NCBI GenBank assembly: GCA_963816145.1
Contig: CAWFJP010000014.1
Location: 160,001-224,000 of the forward strand
Length of the DNA stretch: 64,000 nucleotides
DNA from: an uncultured delta proteobacterium
Lineage (GTDB): Bacteria; Desulfobacterota; Binatia; UBA9968
Reading direction: 5' to 3'
Position numbers and translations under genes: made by a program. Positions 48,638 through 57,918 of the stretch are shown piece by piece. The notes beneath the pieces are model-generated. The model saw only the letters and a program-made list of their open reading frames with translations, was not told where the DNA came from and did not search any database. How positions within the stretch are numbered: position 1 is the stretch's first letter; every line of letters starts with the position of its first letter.

Positions 48638-49594
48638 TCAGCGCTTTGCCCCATTGGCGACCTTCATCTCGGCGTCCACTTCGTCCTCGAATGCGCGACG
48701 CTTCGACGCAACAAACTGCCGGTAGCCCTCGGGGTCCATCCACGCGTTGACGCCCTCGTTCACGGCGCGCTTGCGCTTCGCCTCCATGCCGAAGTACTCG
48801 GTGTGGTGTGCAAGCCAGATGTCCGGCTTGAGCATCTCCCAGGTATGGAGCGTCCGCCGGTAGTCGTCCTCGACGCCGGGGTACGAGGGATCTCGTGCCG
48901 CGACCCGGTAACCCGGATTGAACCCGCCGCCGTCTGGAAACACGACGGCGTAGGCCTTGCCAGTCTCGAAGAGTGTTGTGGTCCACGTCGTCGCACCGCG
49001 TGTATGGCCGGGCGTATGGAGAGCCGTGAGCAGCACGTCACCGAGCCGGACCTGGACGCCATCGCGGAGCACACGGTCGACCTTCACGGGCGGCTGGCCC
49101 ATGACCTGCCAGTCCTTGCCGTAGTGAAAGTCGCTCTTGCCTCCGTCCTCAACCATCGCGACGTCTTCCTGCATGATCGCGACCTGCGCGCCTGACAACT
49201 GCTTCAGGTAGGCGAACGCGCCCGCGTGGTCGGAATGGCCATGGCCATTGATAATGATCTTGATGTCTTCAGGCGTGAAGCCGAGCTTGCGAATCGACCC
49301 GACGATCATCGGGCCGGATTTCGGCGTGCCTGTATTCAGCAGGATGTGGCCCTCGCGTGTCGCGAACAGCCACGAGCTCAACCCCTGTGTACCGACGAAG
49401 TACAGTGGTCCGACGATATGGATCGGCTCCGCAGGTTCGTCCCACTTCAGGTATTTCGTGGCGAGTTCGATGAACAGCTTGTTGTCGTTCGCGAGCTGTT
49501 CCTTCGTCGGGGCGTTCGGCGGCAGCTCCTGCGCACCGGCCGAGAGCACTAGCGAGGCTGCGAGCGAAACGGCAATGAACCAACGCTTCTTCAT
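48638..49594 (-). CDS. Subclass B3 metallo-beta-lactamase, cassette gene
   Basis: Signal peptide, P..IVG.LYFVGT, HGHSDH, TPGHTRG.TTW and WLAHH. ATG 49594 follows GAGGGAG. Confidence 0.88.
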   Translation of the reverse strand: MKKRWFIAVSLAASLVLSAGAQELPPNAPTKEQLANDNKLFIELATKYLKWDEPAEPIHIVGPLYFVGTQGLSSWLFATREGHILLNTGTPKSGPMIVGSIRKLGFTPEDIKIIINGHGHSDHAGAFAYLKQLSGAQVAIMQEDVAMVEDGGKSDFHYGKDWQVMGQPPVKVDRVLRDGVQVRLGDVLLTALHTPGHTRGATTWTTTLFETGKAYAVVFPDGGGFNPGYRVAARDPSYPGVEDDYRRTLHTWEMLKPDIWLAHHTEYFGMEAKRKRAVNEGVNAWMDPEGYRQFVASKRRAFEDEVDAEMKVANGAKR

Positions 49595-49667
49595 GGCGAT
49601 GCTCTCCCTCGGCAGCAATCACTGCACCACCGGTTTCGAGGACGACTGCAATGCGGCGTCCAATGCC

Positions 49668-49747
49668 GCATAACGCAAAGGCTGAGAGGGCGAGACCAGC
49701 GAGCGAAGCGAGCGGGTTGAAGATCCTTCTCAAGCCGTTTGTTATGC
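49668..49747 (-). mobile_element. attC site (80 bp)
   Basis: GCATAAC...GTTATGC, starting 3 nt after the upstream stop; inner GGCTGAGAGG/CCTTCTCAAGCC stem with bulged bases. Confidence 0.9.
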
Positions 49748-49750
49748 GCC

Positions 49751-50344
49751 TCACGGTGCCGACACACGCGCTTGCAGAGTTCGGAGAAATGCTGGCGCGA
49801 TATCATGTCCCGAAAACCATTTGCCTCGAGAACGACCTACGGTGGCCAGCCGGAAACAGCCGAGACAGTAGGGTCCGTCCGCTGGCCTCTTTTTGATAAG
49901 ACCTTTGACTGTGAAATAGGTGCACGACAGGCAAAGTTGAGTTCCGCACCTTTTGCAGCTGAATGCTTGTGGCATTTCTCTGTGTCTTATGCAGTAGTTC
50001 TTCGTTACGACAGCCTTGAGAAAATCCGCCTCAATCTTGTTTGACGCCTCAACACACTCGTGACAATGCCAGAGTGGTCCGGCAGCGGTAAAGGGATTCG
50101 TTTCGCGAGCGCAGCAAACCTTGCATATTGGTCGCTGACAGAGGCAGCACGTCCACTCGGCAGCGCTGTTGGTGTGGAAAGAGCACCGTTCCCCATTTTC
50201 TAGTGGCAGCGAATTAAAGGCGAGCGAAACATGTCCACACGTCACACAGTACGCAATGTCGTGCGTGAGAGGCGTCCAGCACCGCGTACAGCGATCCAAT
50301 GGGCCAACGACGTTCGGATCCCAAGAAGAGCCGTGATTATTCAT
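49751..50344 (-). CDS. Cys-rich zinc-finger protein (zinc ribbon plus two B-box-like modules), cassette gene
   Basis: CxxC..CxxC, then CxxH..CxxC...CxxC..CxxC twice. Confidence 0.75.
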   Translation of the reverse strand: MNNHGSSWDPNVVGPLDRCTRCWTPLTHDIAYCVTCGHVSLAFNSLPLENGERCSFHTNSAAEWTCCLCQRPICKVCCARETNPFTAAGPLWHCHECVEASNKIEADFLKAVVTKNYCIRHREMPQAFSCKRCGTQLCLSCTYFTVKGLIKKRPADGPYCLGCFRLATVGRSRGKWFSGHDIAPAFLRTLQARVSAP

Positions 50345-50618
50345 GGTGTCTCAGGCGCTCTACCTTGCCGCCTAACCTATTAAGTGAGCCGCCATAGCCG
50401 CCGACAATTGCTGGTCGGCTTATTCCGGCAATGGCTCGGACAACAAAAAAGTTCAAATCGACTGCAATATCGTTCAGGTAACTGAGCATGTCAACGTCAA
50501 GTTTTCCGGCAATAGCGGACCGGCGCGGCGGGTTATTCCAGCGAGTGGCGCGGCAACTGGGAATCGTTATCGGCGAACTTTGCTTGCAGGTCTGGCTTCC
50601 TTCGTGCTCGCTATCCCG

Positions 50619-51650
50619 CTACCGCCCGGATTGCAAAGCCACTCGTTTCCTCGCTTCCGCCAGGTAGCCGTTTTCTTCGAGCGCTTTCACGACGCTCATG
50701 TTGATGGATTCGTTGACGTCGACTTGGCCGGCCTTGGGATTGACCCGGGCGATGAATCTTTGGATATTCTTCCACGCCGCCGGGTCCGGCGCGATGTCGA
50801 GGCTGGTCATCGAACGCACGGAAAGATACGAGGTCTCGGCATCCTCGTCGGTGGTCAGGCGCAGGTGTTTTTTCATAACCTCGGCGACTTCCCGTTTGTT
50901 GCGCGGATCGAGAATGTAAACGATGCCGTCGATCATGCCTTTGGTGAGGCGCATGATCAGGTCGGGAGAAGCGGCCAGTCGCTCAGCCCGTCCACAGATA
51001 CCCACAGTCTGCAGCGGGATGCGCAGATCCGACGAGTTGACCAACGAGCGCATGCCGCCGCGCTTGGCCACCGCCGCGGAGGGCAAGGTCACGACCGCGG
51101 CATCTATGTTCGCACTGAGCAGTGCTTGGACGATGGTCGGTTCATCGCCGATGACGCGAATTTTCATGCCCAACTTGTCGGGGTCGAGGCCGAGACCGTC
51201 CAGGACCATCATAGTCTGGAGCCAGAATCCGCCGCCGATGCTTTGCACTCCGATAGTCTTGCCGCGCAGCGCCGCCACCGAGTCAATATCCTTGCGCACC
51301 ACCAGTTCGCGCGAAATCCCCTTGATCGGGAACGCGACGCAACCGATCTTCACCCCGGCCGACACGCCGCTCAGTACATTGCCGACCGACGGTAGAAAAA
51401 TCGGCACCTCGCCCGACACCAGCGCCGCCAAACTGATCTGCGCGTTACGCACCTGCAGCAAGCGCGCGTCGATCCCGTGCTTTTGATAGAGCCCTTTGTC
51501 GATCGCCACCCAATAGGGGCCGATGGTTTCGTTATGGCCGCCGTAGGCCATCAGCACAACGTCATCGGCGTGGGCTCGCCCTAGGAGCGAGAAAAACAGA
51601 ACGATGGAAATGCATCGACAAAGTCTCCAGGGTAGAAGCGCCAAATACAT
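50619..51650 (-). CDS. ABC-type substrate-binding protein, NMT1/SsuA family
   Basis: Signal peptide, YQKHGID and LRGKTIGV. Confidence 0.88.
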   Translation of the reverse strand: MYLALLPWRLCRCISIVLFFSLLGRAHADDVVLMAYGGHNETIGPYWVAIDKGLYQKHGIDARLLQVRNAQISLAALVSGEVPIFLPSVGNVLSGVSAGVKIGCVAFPIKGISRELVVRKDIDSVAALRGKTIGVQSIGGGFWLQTMMVLDGLGLDPDKLGMKIRVIGDEPTIVQALLSANIDAAVVTLPSAAVAKRGGMRSLVNSSDLRIPLQTVGICGRAERLAASPDLIMRLTKGMIDGIVYILDPRNKREVAEVMKKHLRLTTDEDAETSYLSVRSMTSLDIAPDPAAWKNIQRFIARVNPKAGQVDVNESINMSVVKALEENGYLAEARKRVALQSGR

Positions 51651-52063
51651 GCAATACCTCCGGCGAGCAGCGGAGATGCTAGGCCAGCGGCAATCCGGCT
51701 GTCAATCGCTTTGTTGTGTCACGCTGACGATTACCACTGGGGTCAACCCGCAAAGGGTCGGGCCAACAGTTTAACCTGCCATCGTTGCCGGGTTCGCTTT
51801 GTACCGTTGATGGCCAGACTATGCTCGGGGTCGTGGTCTCATGACAAATAAACGAAGGGTACACCCAGGGTCTGAGAATTTTCACGGTTCCGCATGCATC
51901 GTCCGACCGGAGCGTCCATTCTCCATTTTCGACCGGCCACTGCGCCGCGCCATCTGACAGATATTCTGGTGGGCTTGAATTCGCAGCCCGACTTGAAAAT
52001 AGCGCCGCACCTTGGTGCTTGAGGCAAAATCGTGTAGCTTTTTGCCCTGATAGGGGAGTCCGA

Positions 52064-53959
52064 ATGAACGCCGCACATTCATTTCTGCCGCTTCTAGTAG
52101 TTTTGCTGATCGCTGTGACCGTGCCGATCTTACTTGCGCGGGTCATACGCGTCGCGATCCCGATCGTGGTCGGTGAAATTCTCGCCGGCATGGTAGTGGG
52201 CCGCAGTGGCTTGGCCTGGGTGGCTGCCGGCGACCCGCTGATCAGTATCCTTGCCGATTTTGGCATCGTGTTTTTGATGTTTCTCTCCGGCATGGAGATC
52301 GATTTCAGCAGCCTGCGCATCAACCCGCCTTCCACACAGCGGTCCGACGGCGGACGAGTCGGCGTGCTGCCGCTGGCATTGTTGCATTTTGCCCTTACGC
52401 TGCTGTTGGCTAGCGCCGCGGCCTACGCATTGTTTCATTTCGGGCTGGTGAAAAACATTTGGATCGGAGCGCTCATCTTATCGACGACATCCCTAGGCGT
52501 TGTCGTTCCGGTACTCAAAGAGCGCAATCTCATCACTCAACGGTTAGGCCAATGCATCCTCGTGACGGCGGTCATCGCCGATTTTGCAACCATGCTGCTG
52601 ATCACCGTCGCAGTGGCGATCGTGTCGCAGGGTTTGACCGCCGAAATTTTGCTGATCAGTCTGCTCTTCGTGGTGTTTTTCCTGATGTACCGCTTCGGCA
52701 CGATCCTCAATCGCGTGGTGGCGCTGCGCCGCACCATCGAGGAGCTAAGCCACGCCACGGCGCAGATCAAGGTGCGGGCGGCGTTTGCGGTGATGATTGC
52801 GTTCGTCGGTCTGTCCGAAACGCTGGGCTCGGAAATTATTCTCGGCGCCTTTCTCGCCGGCGCCATCATCGGCTTGCTGCGCACTGCCGATGACGCCGAG
52901 CTGTCGCGGCAACTCGAAGCGATCGGATTCGGTTTTTTCATTCCGATTTTTTTTATTAAAGTCGGGGTTGATTTCAATTTGCCGGTGCTGCTGGCGTCGT
53001 CAGGGGCGCTGTTGCTGGTGCCCTTTCTGCTGGCGGCTGCCATCCTCGTGAAAGTGATTCCGGCCTTAAGCTTCACGGCGAATTTTCCGTTGCGCCAGGC
53101 CCTGGCTGCGGGGATCCTGTTGTCGGCGCGCTTGTCGCTGATTATCGCCGCAGCAGCCATCGGCAAGCGTCTCGGCGTGATCGGCGAAGCGGTCAATGGG
53201 GCGATCATTTTGGTTGCCGTCGTCACCGTTACCGTCGCGCCAATGATCTTTGTGCGTCTGGTTCCGGGCCGCCGGCACAGTAAGCTCGACCGCATCGTTG
53301 TCGTCGGCGCTGAAGATCTGGGAATGCAAGTGGCGAAACGGCTCAAAGCCCATCTGGAGCCAGTGACGATTGTCGATACGGCTCCCGTGCTGATCGCGCG
53401 CGCGAAGCGCAACGGCTTTGACTCTGTCTGCTGTGATCTCGATCAGGACGAGGGAAAATTCAAGGAAGTCTGCGATACGGCACGCGCTCTCGTGTGCACC
53501 TACGACGACGCGGAATCGGCCTATAGGATATGCTCGCTGGCCAAAGGAGTTTATAAAGTTCCTCATGTGGTGGCGCAGGTGGCGGATCCGACCGCGCGTG
53601 CCCGCTTCGACGCGCTCGGTGTGACCTCTATGAATGCCGCGCTGGATCGTCCCGCCCTGCTCGCACTGTTGACCCGAACGCCGGCGCTTTTTGCGCTGCT
53701 TTCGCGCACCGATGACGATAAGGAAGTCTTCGAGGTCGTAGTCGCAAATGACCGGGACCTGGATCGGCCGCTGCGCGAACTCGATCTCCCCGGAGGGTTG
53801 CTTGCCTTGGCGGTGCGCCGGGACGGCGAGCTGTTGCTGCCCAATGGCAACACCCGGCTATGCCGTAACGACCGCCTCACGATAGCGGGCTCCGTCGCCG
53901 ATATCGAACTGGCAAAGCAAAGATTCGGGGAAGTCGCGGCGCCGCGTTCGGAAAGCTAG
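52064..53959 (+). CDS. CPA2 cation(K+/Na+):proton antiporter with TrkA-N and TrkA-C domains
   Basis: P.VVGEI.AG, FLMFLSGMEID, STTSLGVV and ILGAF.AG; C-terminal RCK domains. ATG 52064 follows GGGGAG. Confidence 0.9.
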   Translation: MNAAHSFLPLLVVLLIAVTVPILLARVIRVAIPIVVGEILAGMVVGRSGLAWVAAGDPLISILADFGIVFLMFLSGMEIDFSSLRINPPSTQRSDGGRVGVLPLALLHFALTLLLASAAAYALFHFGLVKNIWIGALILSTTSLGVVVPVLKERNLITQRLGQCILVTAVIADFATMLLITVAVAIVSQGLTAEILLISLLFVVFFLMYRFGTILNRVVALRRTIEELSHATAQIKVRAAFAVMIAFVGLSETLGSEIILGAFLAGAIIGLLRTADDAELSRQLEAIGFGFFIPIFFIKVGVDFNLPVLLASSGALLLVPFLLAAAILVKVIPALSFTANFPLRQALAAGILLSARLSLIIAAAAIGKRLGVIGEAVNGAIILVAVVTVTVAPMIFVRLVPGRRHSKLDRIVVVGAEDLGMQVAKRLKAHLEPVTIVDTAPVLIARAKRNGFDSVCCDLDQDEGKFKEVCDTARALVCTYDDAESAYRICSLAKGVYKVPHVVAQVADPTARARFDALGVTSMNAALDRPALLALLTRTPALFALLSRTDDDKEVFEVVVANDRDLDRPLRELDLPGGLLALAVRRDGELLLPNGNTRLCRNDRLTIAGSVADIELAKQRFGEVAAPRSES

Positions 53960-54314
53960 CATGGGCGAGCGCGCCGCTCCCCAACCGACGATCTGCTCGC
54001 CTGAGAGACACAGCCAAAACTAAAGGCGGCAATGTTCACGCCGAGTGACCGCGCCGCCGGGGGAAAATCATACTCGATCTCGATCAGGCGGAGCGCTGCT
54101 ATGATTGCTCAATCAACCGGGGATTTCGCGATCGGGGTATCAACCCCGCTCGCGACCAAAGGGGATGTTCAACTCTCTTTGCAAACCCCAGCAATTTTGT
54201 GCCCGCAGCAAGTTGCAGGGAATATTAGGTTGAACCGACCTGGGGCTGACCCCGGTGCTCTTGCCCGCTGCCGTGCTTCGGGCGTAGAAATAGCCATCGA
54301 CTTGCGAGGTTGCT

Positions 54315-55458
54315 ATGAAATTTTCCTTATTCATGATGCCGCTGCACCATCCGACGGAGAGTCCGTCGCTGGCGTTCGACCGCGACATTTCGCTGATCCA
54401 TCTCGCCGACGAACTCGGTTACGACGAGTGTTTCATCGGCGAGCACCACTCCGGCGGCTGGGAGACCATGCCGGCACCGGAGATGGCGTTGGCGAAGGCT
54501 TCGGCTTTGGCGCACCGGATTCGTCTCGGCACGTCGGTGATCAGTGTGCCGTTTCATCATCCTTACTATGTCGCCGAGCGCATGGCGTTTCTCGACCACT
54601 TGACGCGCGGGCGGGCGATCCTCGGTGTCGGGCCCTGTGCTTTGGTGACGGACAAAGTGCTTTTCGGTCTGCCCACTGAAAAACTCTATCCGATGATGGC
54701 GGAGTCGGTGGATATTATTGTCCGCCTGCTGGAATCGACCGAGCCGATCGACTACGACGGCCAGTTTTGGAAGTTCAAACAAATGCGTTTGCAGCTGCGC
54801 TCGTACCAGCAGCCGCGCCTGCCGATGGCGATCGCTTCATCGGGTAATCCCATTAGCCTCGAACTCGCCGGCAAATACGGCATGCTGTTCTTATCGCCGG
54901 CCGGGAAGAATGTCAGAAACAACCAGACCAAAGCCGAGCAGTGGAACAAGGTCGAAGCGATCGCCGCCCAGCACGGCACGGCGACGAGCCGCGACAACTG
55001 GCGCATTGCCACTTGCGTTTATCTCGCCGACAGCAAAGAAGAGGCGTGGCGGGACGTCGAGGCGAGCATCGGTCGCGACATGGAATATTTCGCTGCCATC
55101 GGTTTGAAAGCGCCCTACGAATCCTACCCTGGGCAACCGTTCAGCGAAATCACTCCCCGTTCTGGCGCCGACCGGCGCGACTGGATCATCGGCACGCCGG
55201 ACGATGCCATCCAAGCAGATCGAACGGATGCAGCTGGAGACCGGCGGCTTTGGCGGCTTGTTATTCTCGACCCATGAATGGACCGGCACCGAGAAGATCC
55301 GCCGCTCTTATGAATTATTCGCGCGCTACGTCATGCCGCACTTCCGCGGCCACACCGCCGGCTATCACGACGAATGGCGGCGCATTCAACACGCCAATGC
55401 TAACGGCGGATTCAAATTGGAAGACTTCGGTGCGCGCAGCAATCTGGCGGCGAAATGA
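54315..55458 (+). pseudogene. LLM-class (luciferase-like) flavin monooxygenase with one frameshift at ~55211
   Basis: GEHHSGG and RI.LGT motifs; IGTPDDAI continues as KQIERMQ..GGFGGLL if one extra C is removed. Confidence 0.85.
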
Positions 55459-55491
55459 AATGGAATTCTGTGTTTGCGGGCACGATGATCA

Positions 55492-55571
55492 CACCCCGAA
55501 GGTCACGAAGGACACGAAGGGTTCGGATATCTAAAACTCCGAACTTCGTGCTCTTCGTGTCCTTCGTGGTG
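55492..55571. repeat. REP-like CACGAAG palindrome (inverted copy of 22369-22448)
   Basis: Direct sequence comparison. Confidence 0.9.
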
Positions 55572-55615
55572 AGAAAAAACAAGCTCGTTGGATATGCTAC
55601 TGATTAAGGATCGAT

Positions 55616-56329
55616 ATGACCATTGCGACAGGCGTTCATGATTGGGAACAAGCGATCGGCGCGCGTGTGCACGCCACGATGGCGTCGTCGGAAATGGAAC
55701 GTTACTTCGCGGTCAAGATGACGCCGGCACGTGCGCGGGTGGCGCTATTGCAGCTAAGTCTGTTCGTCAGTTGCCGGCGCGATGGCTGGGCCAATTTGAT
55801 CGCCAACTGCGACGCGCCGGCGATGCGCCAGCGCTTGATGACGCACGAGTATGACGAACTAGTCGAAGACGAGTATAGCTCGAAAGGGCACTACGATTTG
55901 CTGATTCGCCAAGGGGCGTTGATCGGTCTCACGGCGGACGACTTCGCTCGGGTCGAGCCGCTGCGCACGAGCATGGCGACGTTTTACGGTTGGAAGTGGA
56001 TCACGCGCGCGGCACCTTGGCAGGATGGTCTGATCGCCATGATGGCCACCGAGTGGGTAAACGACGATCGTCGCCTGCTCGATCAAGGCGGCGGTCTTTC
56101 GCGCCGCGACGGACTGCGGTGGATCCGAGACTTCGGCTTCAAATGGGAGGAGATGCCCAACTTCGCCGCCCATGCTGTAGCCGACGAAAAGCATAGTGAT
56201 TTATTCGTGCCGTTGCTCGACAAATTCATCACGAATCCCGAGAGTGCGCTCAAGGCGGCGGACGATGCGCTGGAGCTATTCAAGTTGTATCACTTGGGCG
56301 TGGCGGAGGAGATGGAGCGATTGGATTAA
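55616..56329 (+). CDS. Heme-oxygenase-like diiron protein (PqqC/TenA/CADD family)
   Basis: HEYDEL..D....GH, TE and NFAAHAVADEKH. Confidence 0.8.
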   Translation: MTIATGVHDWEQAIGARVHATMASSEMERYFAVKMTPARARVALLQLSLFVSCRRDGWANLIANCDAPAMRQRLMTHEYDELVEDEYSSKGHYDLLIRQGALIGLTADDFARVEPLRTSMATFYGWKWITRAAPWQDGLIAMMATEWVNDDRRLLDQGGGLSRRDGLRWIRDFGFKWEEMPNFAAHAVADEKHSDLFVPLLDKFITNPESALKAADDALELFKLYHLGVAEEMERLD

Positions 56330-56537
56330 AAGATTTAACCACAAAGGGCACAAAGTTCACAAATTTAGAATGTTTCGGAATCGGACATTGGCCGCAAAGG
56401 CCGCAAAAAACGCATAGAATATGCGCAGCAATCTGCGCCGTTGGAATAGGACATTAACCGCAAAAAGCGCAAAGGGCGCAAAAGAGAATTCTGACGCGCG
56501 AGTCGACGCGTCCGTCTTCCGTTGAACGTTTGAACCC

Positions 56538-57773
56538 TTGAACCTTGAATTTTTGAACTCTCGTCTCCACCGCTCGTTTCCCCGCGTCCCCCTCGCCGTG
56601 CCGTTCTGGAGCGGCGAGACCTATCGCAATATTCTGCGCTGTATCGTTACCGGCGAAATTATCGTCGGTCCCGACCTTGTAGAGTTAAAGAGTCAACTTC
56701 TCGCACACTTCGGCGTTCCCGATCTAGTTCTTTGTGGGTCGGGCAGCTTGGCGCTTGAGCTCGCCCTGCGTGTGTGCGACTTGCGCGCCGGCGATGAAGT
56801 GATCATTCCTACACTGTGTTGTAGTGCCGTGGTGGCACCGATCTTAGCGCTGGGCGCGACACCGGTGTTGGCCGATGCCGGCAGCGAACTCAATGTTACT
56901 GTTGAAACCGTCGACGCTGTGCGCACGCGCAAGACCCGGGCGGTTATCGTACCCCATTTGTTCGGCAATCCAGCGGACATTGGACTAATCGCAGAGCTCG
57001 GTAACGCGAATAACATAGTTGTCATCGACGATGCCGCACAGGCTCTTGGGGCGACGATCGACGATCAACCGGTGGGGAGCTGCGGCGACATGGGCGTCAT
57101 CAGCTTCGGCGCCGAGAAAATCTGTTTTGGCCTTGGTGGCGGAGTCTTGGTTGCCCACAGCGGCGGCGTGCTCGACGCGGCTCGACAATTTGTTCTTGGC
57201 TACCCGAGCGTCGGTCACACGCTCGCGAGAATGACTTCGACGCTAATTCGACGCCGCTGGCGCCGTTGGACTTTGCCGTTTCAACGCTTGCACGCTTTCG
57301 GACATGAAAGAAGCCCCGAAGCGCTGCCTGAGCAGTATCGACAGGAAAGTATGGCGAACCTAAACGCCGCGGTGACGCGCAGTCTCGTCGCTTCGTTGCC
57401 GAAGAATCTCCAAGCGCGCCGCGCCCGGGTTCAGGCTTACCGGGAACTACTGGGAAACCACGCGGGTGTCGAGTTAATTGGCCATCGGCCGGGATCGGCT
57501 TGTCTGACCCAGGTCCTGCGCGTATTGTCGAAGCGCAGCGGTGACGATGCGGCAGCACGGATCATTGGCGCCCTCGGCCAAGCCGGCTACGAGGTGCAAG
57601 GAAGCTACCTGCCGATTCACTTGCTAGCGCAATTTCCCCAGTGTGTTTGGGATACCTTGCCTTATGCCGAACGGGTATGGGCCGATCTGGTCGAGTTGCC
57701 TTGCGAGCCCAGCGTGAGCATGGCCGATGTGGAAAGCATCGCCGCCCTCGTCAAGCGAGTCTTGACGGCTTAG
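56538..57773 (+). CDS. DegT/DnrJ/EryC1/StrS PLP-dependent aminotransferase family protein (start uncertain)
   Basis: SGS.AL.LAL, GDEVI.P, HLFG.P, DDAAQA.G and SFGAEK. Confidence 0.85.
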   Translation: MNLEFLNSRLHRSFPRVPLAVPFWSGETYRNILRCIVTGEIIVGPDLVELKSQLLAHFGVPDLVLCGSGSLALELALRVCDLRAGDEVIIPTLCCSAVVAPILALGATPVLADAGSELNVTVETVDAVRTRKTRAVIVPHLFGNPADIGLIAELGNANNIVVIDDAAQALGATIDDQPVGSCGDMGVISFGAEKICFGLGGGVLVAHSGGVLDAARQFVLGYPSVGHTLARMTSTLIRRRWRRWTLPFQRLHAFGHERSPEALPEQYRQESMANLNAAVTRSLVASLPKNLQARRARVQAYRELLGNHAGVELIGHRPGSACLTQVLRVLSKRSGDDAAARIIGALGQAGYEVQGSYLPIHLLAQFPQCVWDTLPYAERVWADLVELPCEPSVSMADVESIAALVKRVLTA

Positions 57774-57918
57774 ATTCTCCGCCCGATGCAATTTAGGGTT
57801 GAGCAATGAAGGTCGTATACCGACGCCGCTCGACCGAAAAGGCGCACTTGTGATATTGGTCGCAGCCGTGAGTAATTTTCTACGAGCAGAGTTGCGCAGC
57901 GTTTTTGCTTGCTGCGTC

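Larger units (their letters stand above)
46888..50376 (-). mobile_element. Integron-type gene cassette array of four cassettes, no integrase in window (CALIN-like)
   Basis: RYYYAAC...GTTRRRY attC palindromes separate co-oriented unrelated genes; cassette start and end cores are complementary. Confidence 0.85.

Noticed and set aside
51679-52335. 218-aa minus-strand ORF
   Set aside because: Overlaps the antiporter antisense and has no family features.
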